A DNA stretch of 64,000 nt, taken from NCBI GenBank assembly GCA_938030705.1, contig CALHIR010000002.1:2515-66514 (forward strand). The letters run 5' to 3'. The position numbers were made by a program, and so were the translations under genes. Shown piece by piece: positions 30,645 through 40,664 of this stretch (positions are counted from its first letter, which is position 1; each line of letters opens with the position of its first letter). Origin of the DNA: Candidatus Poseidoniaceae archaeon (GTDB lineage: Archaea > Thermoplasmatota > Poseidoniia > Poseidoniales > Poseidoniaceae). The notes below the pieces were generated by a model. It did not search any database. It had not been told where the DNA came from and saw nothing but the letters and a program-made list of their open reading frames with translations.

Positions 30645-31403
30645 ATGGATGCGAATTTGCAGACTTACTCGCTTGTTCTCCACCAAGGCGCTGACCCCCG
30701 GACTGGCGGCGTTGCCGTTTGTGGCTTCACGACGGCGGGCATGGTCGGCGTCATTTCCACCTCGCACATCATCAAAACACTCGGCCTCAAGCAGCTTGGA
30801 ACGGTCATGCACAAGGATTTCCCCGCGGTAGCCCTCATCCATGATGAGGTGCCAAAGCACCCCGTTCGGGTTTACCAAGGTGAGAACATTGGGGTGTTCA
30901 CCTCGGAAATCCAATTTGGTACCGAGACCGACATCATGTTTGCTTCAACCGTGTTGGAATGGTTCACAAAAGGTGGCTTTGACCGACTGATCATCATCGA
31001 TGGCATCACCCGACCTGAAAAAGAATTGAGCACCGGCGAATTGTTCGGTGTCGGTTCCATTCCAGCCGCTCGAGCCCGCCTCAAGAAACTCGACATTGAA
31101 CCCATTCAACAGGGCATCGTTTCCGGTATAACCGGCTTTTTGCTGGGCGAAGGTGACCGACTTGGCATTGACATCACGGCGCTTCTTTCCGAGGCCAGTC
31201 CGATGTACCCCGACGCCCGAGCAGCGGCTCTTGCGGTTGAGGCTGTGGGGGATTTGACCGGTTTTGAGATTCCACTGACCGAACTGCTCGAAAACGCTCG
31301 TTCCATCGAGGACAGTGTGCGGGACATCATCGAAAACGCATCACAGATGTTGCCAGCACCCGATGAGGCCGACATCACGGACATTGACCCGTCCTTTGGG
31401 TGA
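30645..31403 (+). CDS. PAC2-family protein, second paralogue
   Basis: GFTTAGMVGVISTSHII, HPVRVY, GIVSGITGFLL, YPDARAAA; ends DPSFG. Confidence 0.9.
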   Translation: MDANLQTYSLVLHQGADPRTGGVAVCGFTTAGMVGVISTSHIIKTLGLKQLGTVMHKDFPAVALIHDEVPKHPVRVYQGENIGVFTSEIQFGTETDIMFASTVLEWFTKGGFDRLIIIDGITRPEKELSTGELFGVGSIPAARARLKKLDIEPIQQGIVSGITGFLLGEGDRLGIDITALLSEASPMYPDARAAALAVEAVGDLTGFEIPLTELLENARSIEDSVRDIIENASQMLPAPDEADITDIDPSFG

Positions 31404-31404
31404 T

Positions 31405-32760
31405 TCAATCTCCTGACGAACCGACCAGTGCCCGGGTCGTCGCCATGACGTCGGCAAACGAAGCGTCCGTGACGAAAAACGGGTCAATATCGGGAACCCT
31501 CGCCGCCGAGAAGCCCGCCTCATCCAACGCCGTAAACAACACTTCCATTTTCGGGGCTTGGCCGGTACCGGCCATGTTGGGCAGGTCGTCCATGTGGTAC
31601 AATGTGTGCTCCTTACTCATCAAATCGGCCGCTTCAGCGATGTACCGGACGCTACGCCGTAACTCTCGCTGAGCGTATTCTTGGTCCGCTTCGCTCCACA
31701 CCAGCCCCGCCTCCCGAAGAGTGAGAAGTTCGCTTTCGGAAGGCGAACACATCGCGACGGCTCGCTCTTGTGTCATGCGCCCGGCGATGTCTCGATTCCA
31801 AAGGGGGCCAATCCACAGAGGACCACTCGCTCGTTCCACTTCATCGGGTGACGGGTGGTGAACAAATTCGTAGGTGCCGTTGGCTGCTCGCACCCGCCAA
31901 CCCATGGAATCCAGCACATGGGAGGCGCCGTCTCGGCTCCGTCGAACCTTCACGCTGACACGGACATGGTGACCATCGAACAAGGCGAGGACCGGCTCGA
32001 TGCATCGGTCATGGCGAGCGGCTGTGGTGGCGATGAGGCCAAGAAGAACCCGAACGGCATCGTCGTGAGCATAACTGTCGACGATGCCTTTTGCCCCATA
32101 GCGCCGGTGTTGAGAAGAAGCGCTTGAGCCGGTGAGCGCTGCGGTATCGGTTGCGGTGACCTCCAGGAAAGCCGTGCGAGACAAGCCTTGAATGGCGGCG
32201 TCAAGAAAGTTCACGGGCGAGCCAAACGGGTCAAGGTCAACCCACTGATAAGCGGCTTCCATCAGGGCGATCCTCGCATCGTTTTGCATGATGAACAGTC
32301 CGTTGTGCATCCCGCCCTGGGGCGTTCGGTTGTAGCGGTCATCTTCGACGGCGTGACCGACGGAAATCAACGGGGGGTAGCGTTCGTGAGCGTGTTTCAG
32401 CTGTTCGAGGGCGACGTTGTCCAAGTCGTTGGCCGTGATACGGAGGCGCTCTTGATGTTCTGCTGGGATTTCGTTCCGCCAACGACGAACGCGAACACCG
32501 GTTGCACACAACGCATCCATCGCTCGCAAATCATGGTCTTCCTTGACCAGCCAGTGATGTTCCAGGGCATCGGCCAAGAGGAGAACCGAACGGGTTCGAG
32601 CGGGTGCCATGGCGGGATTGAGAAACCCAGGGCCCGTCCGTTTCGCTGGACCTCGAGGCATGTGCGTCGGGCGCTCTTGGTCGGCTCGCAGCTCGACCAG
32701 CGTCTTGCCTTCCATCCATAGATGCCCCGTCCCGTCGACTTCCGAACGGTCCTCGGCCAT
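31405..32760 (-). CDS. trm1: tRNA (guanine26-N2)-dimethyltransferase
   Basis: FLNPAM, DALCATGVR, ANDLD, VDLDPFGSP, VTATDTAAL, GPLWIGPL. Start MAEDRSE at 32760; the upstream part of the track ORF overlaps purM. Confidence 0.88.
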   Translation of the reverse strand: MAEDRSEVDGTGHLWMEGKTLVELRADQERPTHMPRGPAKRTGPGFLNPAMAPARTRSVLLLADALEHHWLVKEDHDLRAMDALCATGVRVRRWRNEIPAEHQERLRITANDLDNVALEQLKHAHERYPPLISVGHAVEDDRYNRTPQGGMHNGLFIMQNDARIALMEAAYQWVDLDPFGSPVNFLDAAIQGLSRTAFLEVTATDTAALTGSSASSQHRRYGAKGIVDSYAHDDAVRVLLGLIATTAARHDRCIEPVLALFDGHHVRVSVKVRRSRDGASHVLDSMGWRVRAANGTYEFVHHPSPDEVERASGPLWIGPLWNRDIAGRMTQERAVAMCSPSESELLTLREAGLVWSEADQEYAQRELRRSVRYIAEAADLMSKEHTLYHMDDLPNMAGTGQAPKMEVLFTALDEAGFSAARVPDIDPFFVTDASFADVMATTRALVGSSGD

Positions 32761-32809
32761 GCACCTGCGAACACTCGCTCCCTCATGACCGCACCGCTGG
32801 GGCGCGGCC

Positions 32810-33922
32810 TTAGTAATGTGAAAATTCCACGCCCTCAATGGCGTGATTGACGCAGTGACCTTGGTTGTGCACATGGCCGACGATGGCCACACCTCCCATG
32901 CGTTCTTGGAGCCATGAGAGCACGGCATCGGCGCGTTCTGCCTCGACGGCGACGACCATGCCCATACCCATGTTGAACGTCCTGTACATTTCGCGCGTTT
33001 CAACCCCGCCAGCCGCTTGCAGCCACTCAAATTCAGGGAGCACGGGCAAAGGAGAGTGAATCTCCCATCCCAACGTGGGGTGAAGGCGAAGCAGGTTTGA
33101 CAGCCCACCGCCCGTGATGTGGCAGATGCCGTGAAGGTCGTTGATGGAAAACGCCCCGTCACCTCGGGCAGCGTTGAGAAGGTCGACCACCGGGTCGCAA
33201 TAAATGCGGGTTGGATTGAGCAAGATTTCGCCCAGCGTCGGCGCTCCCTCAGTCCATCGCATCAGCGTTCGAGCAGGGTGCTCAGCCTCAAAGGGCGCCG
33301 TGTCTGTGTAGGAGAGGCCTGCGTGTTCGATGATTTTGCGAACCAGTGAGTATCCGTTGGAGTGAATGCCCGAAGCCGGTAATCCGATGAGCGCATCGCC
33401 TTCCTTCAGGTGTTCCCCCGTAATGGCCTGTCCTTTGGGCAGCCACCCAAGGGCCGTCCCCGACAGGTCAAGTTCGGTCACGATGCCCGGCAAGGAGGCC
33501 GTTTCACCGCCCGCCAGGGTGACTCGGGCGAGGCGGCACGCTTCGGCCAACGAGGCACCGAGCGCAGCATGGATGGCCGGGTCAGGTTTTGGCACGGCGA
33601 CATAGTCGACAAAGGCGATGGGTTCGGCTCCAACACACAACAGGTCGTTGACGTTCATGGCCATGCAATCAATACCAACGCCGCCCCATTGTTGCAAGGC
33701 CGTGGCGATCTGAAGTTTGCTCCCTACTCCGTCGGTGGCGAGGGCGAGCAGGTTGTCGCCGAATTCAATCAATCCACCAAATCCGCCGGGGAGGTCCACC
33801 GGTGCTCCCGGGGTTCCGGGTTTGCGGACGCTCTTGGAAAGTGCACCGATAAGCGAAGCGACGGCCGAACCCTCGAGGTCGATGTCGACCCCTGCGCTGG
33901 CGTAGTCCATGGGTTCACTCAT
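32810..33922 (-). CDS. purM: Phosphoribosylformylglycinamidine cyclo-ligase (AIR synthetase)
   Basis: YASAGVDID, GGFGGL, TDGVGSK, GIDCMAMNVND, GGETASLP, SGIHSNGYSLVR, HITGGG, EMYRTFNMGMG. Confidence 0.97.
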   Translation of the reverse strand: MSEPMDYASAGVDIDLEGSAVASLIGALSKSVRKPGTPGAPVDLPGGFGGLIEFGDNLLALATDGVGSKLQIATALQQWGGVGIDCMAMNVNDLLCVGAEPIAFVDYVAVPKPDPAIHAALGASLAEACRLARVTLAGGETASLPGIVTELDLSGTALGWLPKGQAITGEHLKEGDALIGLPASGIHSNGYSLVRKIIEHAGLSYTDTAPFEAEHPARTLMRWTEGAPTLGEILLNPTRIYCDPVVDLLNAARGDGAFSINDLHGICHITGGGLSNLLRLHPTLGWEIHSPLPVLPEFEWLQAAGGVETREMYRTFNMGMGMVVAVEAERADAVLSWLQERMGGVAIVGHVHNQGHCVNHAIEGVEFSHY

Positions 33923-33966
33923 GATGCTTCCAACGGTCGGCGTTTCATGAAGGAATCGCTTCGGTC

Positions 33967-34575
33967 TCAAGCATCCATCACGAGGCGAGCCAAGGGCACC
34001 AAAGCCTCCAGACTCTGGTGAAGACGATGGCCGTCATCCACCACCTGAAGGGTGACGTGGTCAAGCCCCGTCGCCGCCTTTTCGCTGTTTGAAAGCGGCA
34101 CGACGTCGTCCAGTGAGCCGTGAAGAATGGCGGTCGGGTGCGGCAATTTTGGCCAAGCCAAATCCTGAACCGCTTCCATGAACGACCATTCCAAAACGAC
34201 GGGATCTTCCCATCCCGGCGGGTGAAACGCATGGCGACCCGTTTGCTGCCATGCCGCCATGGCGTCGTCACCCAGCGTTTTTGTGACCAATGCAGGGTAG
34301 CCAAAAGCGGGCGCGAGTAAGAGCAATCTCAGATTCAGGCCGGGACGCTGAGCTGCGGCGTTGGCCGTGGCCAGGCCTCCAAAGGACGAACCGATGAGGA
34401 CGTCAAATGGGCCTTCTTCGTCAATGACGTCCAACACCGCTTGCGTTTGGCTGGCTTGGTCCCACCCGTATTTTCGCATGTCAACGGTGACGACCTCCCA
34501 ACCCTGGGCGCGCATCCATGCTGCTTTGCTGCTGTCCGTGCTCGACCACAGGCCGTGGGCAAAGGTCACTCTCAT
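33967..34575 (-). CDS. Alpha/beta hydrolase (YqiA-like esterase)
   Basis: HGLWS, nucleophile GSSFGG, HGSLDDVVP, DDGHRL. Confidence 0.9.
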   Translation of the reverse strand: MRVTFAHGLWSSTDSSKAAWMRAQGWEVVTVDMRKYGWDQASQTQAVLDVIDEEGPFDVLIGSSFGGLATANAAAQRPGLNLRLLLLAPAFGYPALVTKTLGDDAMAAWQQTGRHAFHPPGWEDPVVLEWSFMEAVQDLAWPKLPHPTAILHGSLDDVVPLSNSEKAATGLDHVTLQVVDDGHRLHQSLEALVPLARLVMDA

Positions 34576-34676
34576 GGAGGAAACTTGAGGCCTACGCTAC
34601 AAGGATTCTTCGCCCTTCGGTGTTTTCCACATGATGCTACCTCAACAGCAAACCATGCGTCTGCACGACCGCCTTC

Positions 34677-34696
34677 TTCCAGTGGAAACCAAGGGG
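34677..34696 (+). promoter_or_regulatory. Origin recognition box (ORB) with G-string
   Basis: TTCCAGTGGAAACCAAGGGG matches the archaeal ORB consensus TTCCAGTGGAAAC-n-GGGG; intergenic, upstream of mcm. Confidence 0.75.
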
Positions 34697-34764
34697 TGCT
34701 CTCTTTCGCGAAGAATCATTATATTGCTTCGCCAATGTTGTTCCGTGTCCCGGCGGTGAACATC

Positions 34765-36894
34765 ATGTCTGCGATTCAAGAATTTGACCTCCCCGCCCGC
34801 TGGACCTCCCTGCTTCAGGACAAGTACTCCGAGGCCATCCACAACCTCGCCAAAATGTGGCCGGACGAAGGCTCTTTGGAAGTCTCTTACCGAGAAGTCG
34901 AGGGCTATGACCACGAATTCGCTCAAGACATTCTGGCCAACCCCGACCATCACTTCCGGGCTGCCAATCAAGCCCTCCGTCAATTTCTCCTCGACGCAGG
35001 AGAAGGGAACTTGATGCCCTTTGTTCGCGTCATCCACCTTCCGAGCGATCAAGTACGCACCGTCTCCCAACTCAGGGCCGATGACATTGGCCGACTGATT
35101 GCCATCGATGCGGTGACGACGAAAATCACCGGGGTTCGCCCTCGTCTGTATACGGCGGTGTTCAAGTGCGCTGCTTGCGACCACGAGATGGACATCAACC
35201 AGCCCAACGAACAAGAACTCATCGAACCGATTGAATGTTCACAAATCGATGGTGGATGCGGCCGGCCTAAACGGCAAACTCGCTTCTTCCTTATGCAGCA
35301 AGAATCCCATCTCATCAACTCCCAATTCATTGAACTGCAAGAACTTCCTGAACAAATGAAAGGTGGCATCCAGCCTGAACGCATCTTGTGCATCGGTGAG
35401 CAGGACCTTGCTGGGCGCCTCAACCCCGGCGATCGTGTCAAAGCAAACGGTGTGTTGTTCATTCGCTCGCAACGAAAAGGGGGCAAGGATACGCCGGTGT
35501 TTGACATCTTTCTCCGCATTCACTCGCTCGAGCGTCAGAACATTCCGCTGGAAGAAATCGTCATCTCCGAGGAAGAGGAGAACGAAATCAAGGAAATTGC
35601 TCGCTCGGAAGACGTTTACGACCTGCTCACGCGCAGCATTGCCCCCTCCATCTTCGGAATGGAGCGCATCAAGGAATCGCTCATGCTCCAGCTCTTTGGT
35701 GGCGAGGCTCAAGTCAACGAGGACGGAACGCGCAATCGAGGCGACATTCATATTTTGTTGATGGGCGACCCCGGTGTGGCGAAATCCCAACTCCTCCATT
35801 ACATGTCAACCATTTCACCCCGAGGCCGGTTTGCTTCAGGGCAATCCGCCTCGGCAGCCGGTTTGACGGCGGCCGCGGTGCAGGATGCTGCAGCGGATGG
35901 CCGATGGACGCTGGAGGCTGGGGCGCTGGTCTTGGCCGATTTGGGGCTTGCCGCCATTGACGAATTCGACAAAATGAACACGGCTGACCGCTCCAGCATG
36001 CACGAAGCCATGGAGCAGCAGAGCATTTCCATTTCCAAGGCCGGCATCAACGCCAGTCTCCGCACTCGGTGTGCTGTTCTCGCGGCTGCCAACCCAACCA
36101 GCGGTCGATTTCAACCGGTCAGCGACGTTCCGTTCACGTCCCAAATCAATCTGGCGCCTCCGTTGATTTCTCGGTTCGACATCATCTGGTTGTTGACCGA
36201 CGCGGCCGACGAGTCACGAGATGAAAAAATCGCTTCGCACATCATTGAAAACCGACTCAAAGGCAGCAGCGAACTGCTCGTCAAGGAGGGCACGATCCCC
36301 GATCCTGCTAAATCGTCATCTACGCGAAAGGAAGCGAAGAAGGTCGACGGGAAATACACCATTCTACCTCGAGAGATCTTGCGCAAATACGTTGCCTATT
36401 CCAAGCGCACCTTCCATCCGAAACTGGACAAAGAGGCCAAAGAGAAAATCGTGGCCTACTACGTCCAAACTCGAAAGCAAGGCGGAGAATCCGAAGACAG
36501 CGTAGCCATCACGGCTCGGTCCTTGGAAGCGCTGTCCCGTTTGGCTGAAGCGAGCGCCCGTATTCGCTTGCAAGAAATCGCCACGGCCGAGGACGCCGAC
36601 CGAGCCATCCGCTTGACCAAAACGTGGCGGCACGAACTCATGGGCGAGAACTTTGACATCACGACCATCGAATCCGGCAAGAAGGGCAAGGTTCGAAATC
36701 AGGAGAAAATCATCATCGATATCGTCTCAGTGCTGCAAAACGATTCGGGTACATCGGCAAATTTGCTCGATGTCTTGACCGAAGCCGAACGGCGTGATAT
36801 TCCGCGAAGCAAGGCCGAGGACATCATCGACAAGTTGTGTCGGGACGGTCGCATGATGCGACCGTCGGGCTACGATACCCTACAGGTTGTTTGA
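34765..36894 (+). CDS. mcm: Replicative MCM helicase
   Basis: Zn motif CAAC...CSQIDGGC, Walker A GDPGVAKS, WTLEAGALVLAD, Walker B IDEFDKM, arginine finger SRFD, ITARSLE; start ATG 34765 (MSAIQEF). Confidence 0.97.
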   Translation: MSAIQEFDLPARWTSLLQDKYSEAIHNLAKMWPDEGSLEVSYREVEGYDHEFAQDILANPDHHFRAANQALRQFLLDAGEGNLMPFVRVIHLPSDQVRTVSQLRADDIGRLIAIDAVTTKITGVRPRLYTAVFKCAACDHEMDINQPNEQELIEPIECSQIDGGCGRPKRQTRFFLMQQESHLINSQFIELQELPEQMKGGIQPERILCIGEQDLAGRLNPGDRVKANGVLFIRSQRKGGKDTPVFDIFLRIHSLERQNIPLEEIVISEEEENEIKEIARSEDVYDLLTRSIAPSIFGMERIKESLMLQLFGGEAQVNEDGTRNRGDIHILLMGDPGVAKSQLLHYMSTISPRGRFASGQSASAAGLTAAAVQDAAADGRWTLEAGALVLADLGLAAIDEFDKMNTADRSSMHEAMEQQSISISKAGINASLRTRCAVLAAANPTSGRFQPVSDVPFTSQINLAPPLISRFDIIWLLTDAADESRDEKIASHIIENRLKGSSELLVKEGTIPDPAKSSSTRKEAKKVDGKYTILPREILRKYVAYSKRTFHPKLDKEAKEKIVAYYVQTRKQGGESEDSVAITARSLEALSRLAEASARIRLQEIATAEDADRAIRLTKTWRHELMGENFDITTIESGKKGKVRNQEKIIIDIVSVLQNDSGTSANLLDVLTEAERRDIPRSKAEDIIDKLCRDGRMMRPSGYDTLQVV

Positions 36895-36942
36895 GTTTCA
36901 ATCAAGGGTCGTGCTCATGAAGGGTGAGCGCCTCGGATGACC

Positions 36943-38961
36943 ATGGCCGATGAACCGCAAGGCGACGTCCATCGTTCCTCGGGTTTGGACCCGGAACAAT
37001 TGGGCTTCATGTGCGGTATTGAGGTGCACCAGCAATTGGCGACTGGCAAACTTCATTCGAGGCAAAGCGGCGAACTTTACGACATCACCGTTGACACCCT
37101 CCCCGAAGATTGGCCACGTTTTGAGCGCCGGCTGCGTGCCAGCCGTGGCGAAGGCGGTGCTGTGGACGTTGCAGCACGTTTTGAGTCCAAGCGAAACCGG
37201 ACCTTTGTCTATGCTCAATCGCCCAATGCCGGGCTGATTGAATTGGATGAACAACCCCCGCTGGCTCTGGACGAAAACGCCCTTGACATCACCCTAACCG
37301 TCGCCGCCCTCCTCAAATCCAAACCGGTTTCGCTGATTCAAACGATGCGAAAAACCGTCGTGGACGGTTCGAACACGAGTGGGTTCCAGCGCACCTCCCT
37401 CATCGCGACCGACGGGGTGTTGGAGACCGAAGAAGGGACGGTGGGTGTTGACGTCGTTTGCCTGGAAGAGGACAGCGCTCGTAAACTCGATACCGTCGCC
37501 ACCAGTCACGGTCAACAAGTTTTGTACAACCTCGACCGATTGGGCTTGCCGTTGATCGAAATTGCGACTTCGCCCGACGTGGTCTCGCCCGACCATGCCA
37601 AAATCACCGCGATGGCGCTTGGGCGTGTCCTTCGTCAAACACGACGCGTTCGCCGCGGTCTCGGCAGCATTCGTCAGGACCTCAACGTCTCCATCGGTGC
37701 AGGTGATCGTGTGGAAATCAAGGGCTGCCAAGACCTCAATTGGATTCCTCAAATCATTCGCCTTGAGATGGCGCGCCAGCTCCATTTCTATCGGCTGGCT
37801 AACGAACTCAGGACGGAATTGGGACTCCCTCCTCTCCCCCCACATCGAGACCTCGATGACTCGGGCGTTGAAACGAAGGTAGCGCAAGCCGTCCATGACC
37901 ATCTGCCTCTGGCGTTGCACGATGTCACCTCGGTGTTTGCTGGTACTTCGTCGGGGATGATCGTTGACGGGTTGGCCTCCGGGTCGGTGATGATGGCCCT
38001 CTCGCTCAAGGGTTTGCTCGGGAAGTTGGGAACGAAAAGACTCGATGAGGACGGCGCCCAACTCCCCCGACTCGGTCGAGAACTGGCTGGGGCAGCAAAA
38101 CTTGCGGGCGTCAAAGGCATCTTCCACGCCGATGAACTGCCGGCTTACGGTATCACGGCCGATGAAGTTGACGGAGTACGCTCTGAACTGCGTCTTGATG
38201 AAGGCGACGCCTTTGTCCTGTGTTGCGCTCCCGATTGGCAAGCCACCTTGGCTCTTGAAGCCGTGCTCGGGCGCGCTCGAATGGCCTGGCACCGAATCCC
38301 CCAGGAAGTTCGAAACGTGGTGGTCAAGAAAGGCGCCCCTGAAGACGGCACCACCGCCCCCATGCGGCCGTTGCCGGGCCGTTCTCGGATGTACCCCGAA
38401 ACGGATGTCCCTCCCCAACCGCTGGCCGCCGAGGCATGGCAAACTGTACTCGAAACGCTGCCCATGTCGGACAGCGCCCGAACGGAACGACTGGTTTCTT
38501 ACGATGTTTCAACCGATCAATCTGACCAGTTGTTGGCCCGAGAACTCGACGACATTTTCTGTGAACACGCCGAAGGTTTGCCCGCCAAAGCCTGGGCTGC
38601 TCTGCTGTTGAATCACGATGAGGAACACCCAGAGACGCTTGCTGGAATTTTGGCGCTGCGTGAAGCAGGCCACCTCTCACGGGACCACATGGAACGAATC
38701 ATCGCCGCCCACCAAGGGCGTCGCGTTTCTATGGAGGATCTCAAAGCCTTCTGCGAGGAGCACGATCTCGCACCGGCCGATATCGGTGGCTTGGAAGAGG
38801 TCATCAACGGTATCATCGCCGAGCGTTTGGACTTTGTCAAGGAGCGCGGCATGGGCGCCATGGGCCCGTTGATGGGCGTGGTGATGCAGGCGGCAGGTGG
38901 AGCTGACGGAAAGGAAGTCAGTGCCTTGCTTCGGGCTGCCATTCAAGCCGTGTTGGAGTGA
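36943..38961 (+). CDS. gatE: Glu-tRNA(Gln) amidotransferase subunit E
   Basis: GIEVHQQL, MRKTVVDGSNTSGFQRT, LEEDSAR, LDRLGLPLIEIAT, RGLGSIRQDLNVSI, DELPAYGI, RMYPETD. ATG 36937 or 36943. Confidence 0.96.
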   Translation: MADEPQGDVHRSSGLDPEQLGFMCGIEVHQQLATGKLHSRQSGELYDITVDTLPEDWPRFERRLRASRGEGGAVDVAARFESKRNRTFVYAQSPNAGLIELDEQPPLALDENALDITLTVAALLKSKPVSLIQTMRKTVVDGSNTSGFQRTSLIATDGVLETEEGTVGVDVVCLEEDSARKLDTVATSHGQQVLYNLDRLGLPLIEIATSPDVVSPDHAKITAMALGRVLRQTRRVRRGLGSIRQDLNVSIGAGDRVEIKGCQDLNWIPQIIRLEMARQLHFYRLANELRTELGLPPLPPHRDLDDSGVETKVAQAVHDHLPLALHDVTSVFAGTSSGMIVDGLASGSVMMALSLKGLLGKLGTKRLDEDGAQLPRLGRELAGAAKLAGVKGIFHADELPAYGITADEVDGVRSELRLDEGDAFVLCCAPDWQATLALEAVLGRARMAWHRIPQEVRNVVVKKGAPEDGTTAPMRPLPGRSRMYPETDVPPQPLAAEAWQTVLETLPMSDSARTERLVSYDVSTDQSDQLLARELDDIFCEHAEGLPAKAWAALLLNHDEEHPETLAGILALREAGHLSRDHMERIIAAHQGRRVSMEDLKAFCEEHDLAPADIGGLEEVINGIIAERLDFVKERGMGAMGPLMGVVMQAAGGADGKEVSALLRAAIQAVLE

Positions 38962-38967
38962 GGTCAA

Positions 38968-40623
38968 ATGAGGCGTTTTGCGCTTCTGTGTTCGCTGCTG
39001 TTCGCAGCACTTCTTCTCCCCACAGGAACGGCCTCAGCGTCAATGAACTGGTCGGTTGATCTCGGGCCGGGGTACATCACGACCTCGCCGGTGGTTGACG
39101 AAAACCGTGTTTACGTTCGCACCTCCGGGTTCTGGACGGGAAGCGAGCGTCCCGAGGTCAAAGCCTTCTCCCATGACGGTTCCCTGGTGTGGACGTATCG
39201 AAGCGAAACCACGACCCAACACGACATGGCCCCTTTGCTGCTCAAGAGCGGTGGAACCGGTGCTTGCGGCTCATGGCCCGACCTCCTTCTCGTGGGCTGG
39301 GCCAACGGTGATTTTTTGGCTCTTCACCCTTCGAACGGTACGCAGGTCTGGAACCTCAGCACCCCCGTTGAGGGGTGGGGCATCACCGGTGCACCTTTGC
39401 TTGAGGATGACCACGTGGTGGTGCCCACCAGAAAGGGCATGATGCGCTTGTGTCTTGCCGACGGGGAGGTGGATTTCTCAGTGAACCTCAGCTTGGGTTG
39501 GCGGAATGGAATCACCTTCGCAGATGGCTCCTACTGGACGGGCAGTGAAACGGGCCATCTTTGGCAGGTGGACGCCGATGGCAACACCGTGAACAGTCAC
39601 AACCTTTCAGGAAAACTCCGCCACGCCCCGCTTCAACTCGGCCACCGACTGTTATTACACGTTCAACACACCACTTCAAGCACAATTCAGACGTACAACC
39701 TGACCTCGGGCGTGATTGACGACATCCACGCTTCCGGAGGTGCACCAGCCCTTCCCTTGCTGATGGGCGAGACGGTCGTATTCGGTGATAACGACGGCTT
39801 GACCACCGTGCGCTGCGATGCCGTCTGCTCGGTCATTGACCGGTTGGCAACCAAAGTGAACGGTGAGATGGCGAGCACGTCGCCGCTCGAATTCTACGCC
39901 CCGGTGAATGCACCCGATGAGGGGTGGATGGTTGTTCAACTCAATGCCACGGGATGGATGGTTCAGGCGGGAACCTACTCAACACCGCACGACGGCTACG
40001 GAACTTCTTCTCCGGCGATGGTTGATGGATGGTTGTTCCTTGGAAACGACGCCGGCGTCCTCATGGCCTACGCTTCCCTTTCGCCGCCGGTTGAATCCAC
40101 GCCGACCAACCAACAGAACGGATGGTCCCTTCTGGGCATGATGGGCCTTGCGTTGGCTCTGGGAGGTTCTTCTCGGTTGGCTCGAGGAGGGCAATTCTCC
40201 GCTGCTTGGCGCCTGTTCTCGTTAACGGTGTTGGCGGTCGCCTTGCTGATGCTCCCGGAGGTTGCTCAGACGTGGAGTGCTACCTTGGCCGAAGACACTG
40301 CACCCGTTTCAACGGAATGGAATGAATCATGGCCAGCGGCATGGCAGGGCACACAAATCGTGGTGTTTGAACTCCCTGAAGGAACACTTGCCGTTGGCGG
40401 CTTGGTCGGTCACGCCAACGTTTGGACATTAACTCAAGAGGCCGCGCAGAAGCATAACCTTCCGCTCGCTACGGAAGAAACCGGTCTTGGCCTCTATCTG
40501 CTTTCCATCAACGAAACAGAAGGTTCTGGGTGGGAGTATTTCCTCAACGGGGAACGAGGGGCGTTGGCTGTGGACGATGCCTCCATTGATTCAACCGTTG
40601 TTGTACGGTGGAGCCTTGCCTGA
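38968..40623 (+). CDS. PQQ-like beta-propeller membrane protein with C-terminal DUF4430 (transcobalamin C-terminal-like) domain
   Basis: Signal peptide; propeller motifs (TTSPVV, GSLVWTY, NGTQVW, SSPAMVDGWLFLGNDAGVLMAY); two TM helices; LYLLSINE...GWEYFLNG...AVDD...VVRW. Confidence 0.8.
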   Translation: MRRFALLCSLLFAALLLPTGTASASMNWSVDLGPGYITTSPVVDENRVYVRTSGFWTGSERPEVKAFSHDGSLVWTYRSETTTQHDMAPLLLKSGGTGACGSWPDLLLVGWANGDFLALHPSNGTQVWNLSTPVEGWGITGAPLLEDDHVVVPTRKGMMRLCLADGEVDFSVNLSLGWRNGITFADGSYWTGSETGHLWQVDADGNTVNSHNLSGKLRHAPLQLGHRLLLHVQHTTSSTIQTYNLTSGVIDDIHASGGAPALPLLMGETVVFGDNDGLTTVRCDAVCSVIDRLATKVNGEMASTSPLEFYAPVNAPDEGWMVVQLNATGWMVQAGTYSTPHDGYGTSSPAMVDGWLFLGNDAGVLMAYASLSPPVESTPTNQQNGWSLLGMMGLALALGGSSRLARGGQFSAAWRLFSLTVLAVALLMLPEVAQTWSATLAEDTAPVSTEWNESWPAAWQGTQIVVFELPEGTLAVGGLVGHANVWTLTQEAAQKHNLPLATEETGLGLYLLSINETEGSGWEYFLNGERGALAVDDASIDSTVVVRWSLA

Positions 40624-40664
40624 TGGTGGGAATGCTCAAGGCGGTCACCCTTCTCGGATAGGAC

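Noticed and set aside
32761-33162. Apparent long Trm1 N-terminus overlapping purM, a possible frameshift fusion
   Set aside because: purM ends normally at 32810 and Trm1 homology starts after 32760; the overlap is a chance open frame.
34441-34764. 108-aa N-terminal extension of MCM
   Set aside because: Overlaps the divergent esterase and the ORB/promoter region; MCM-like sequence begins at 34765.
34765-36894. Inteins in MCM, LigA or the helicase, and introns in the tRNAs
   Set aside because: Catalytic motifs are contiguous, no intein termini or LAGLIDADG blocks are visible, and both tRNAs are uninterrupted (77-78 nt).
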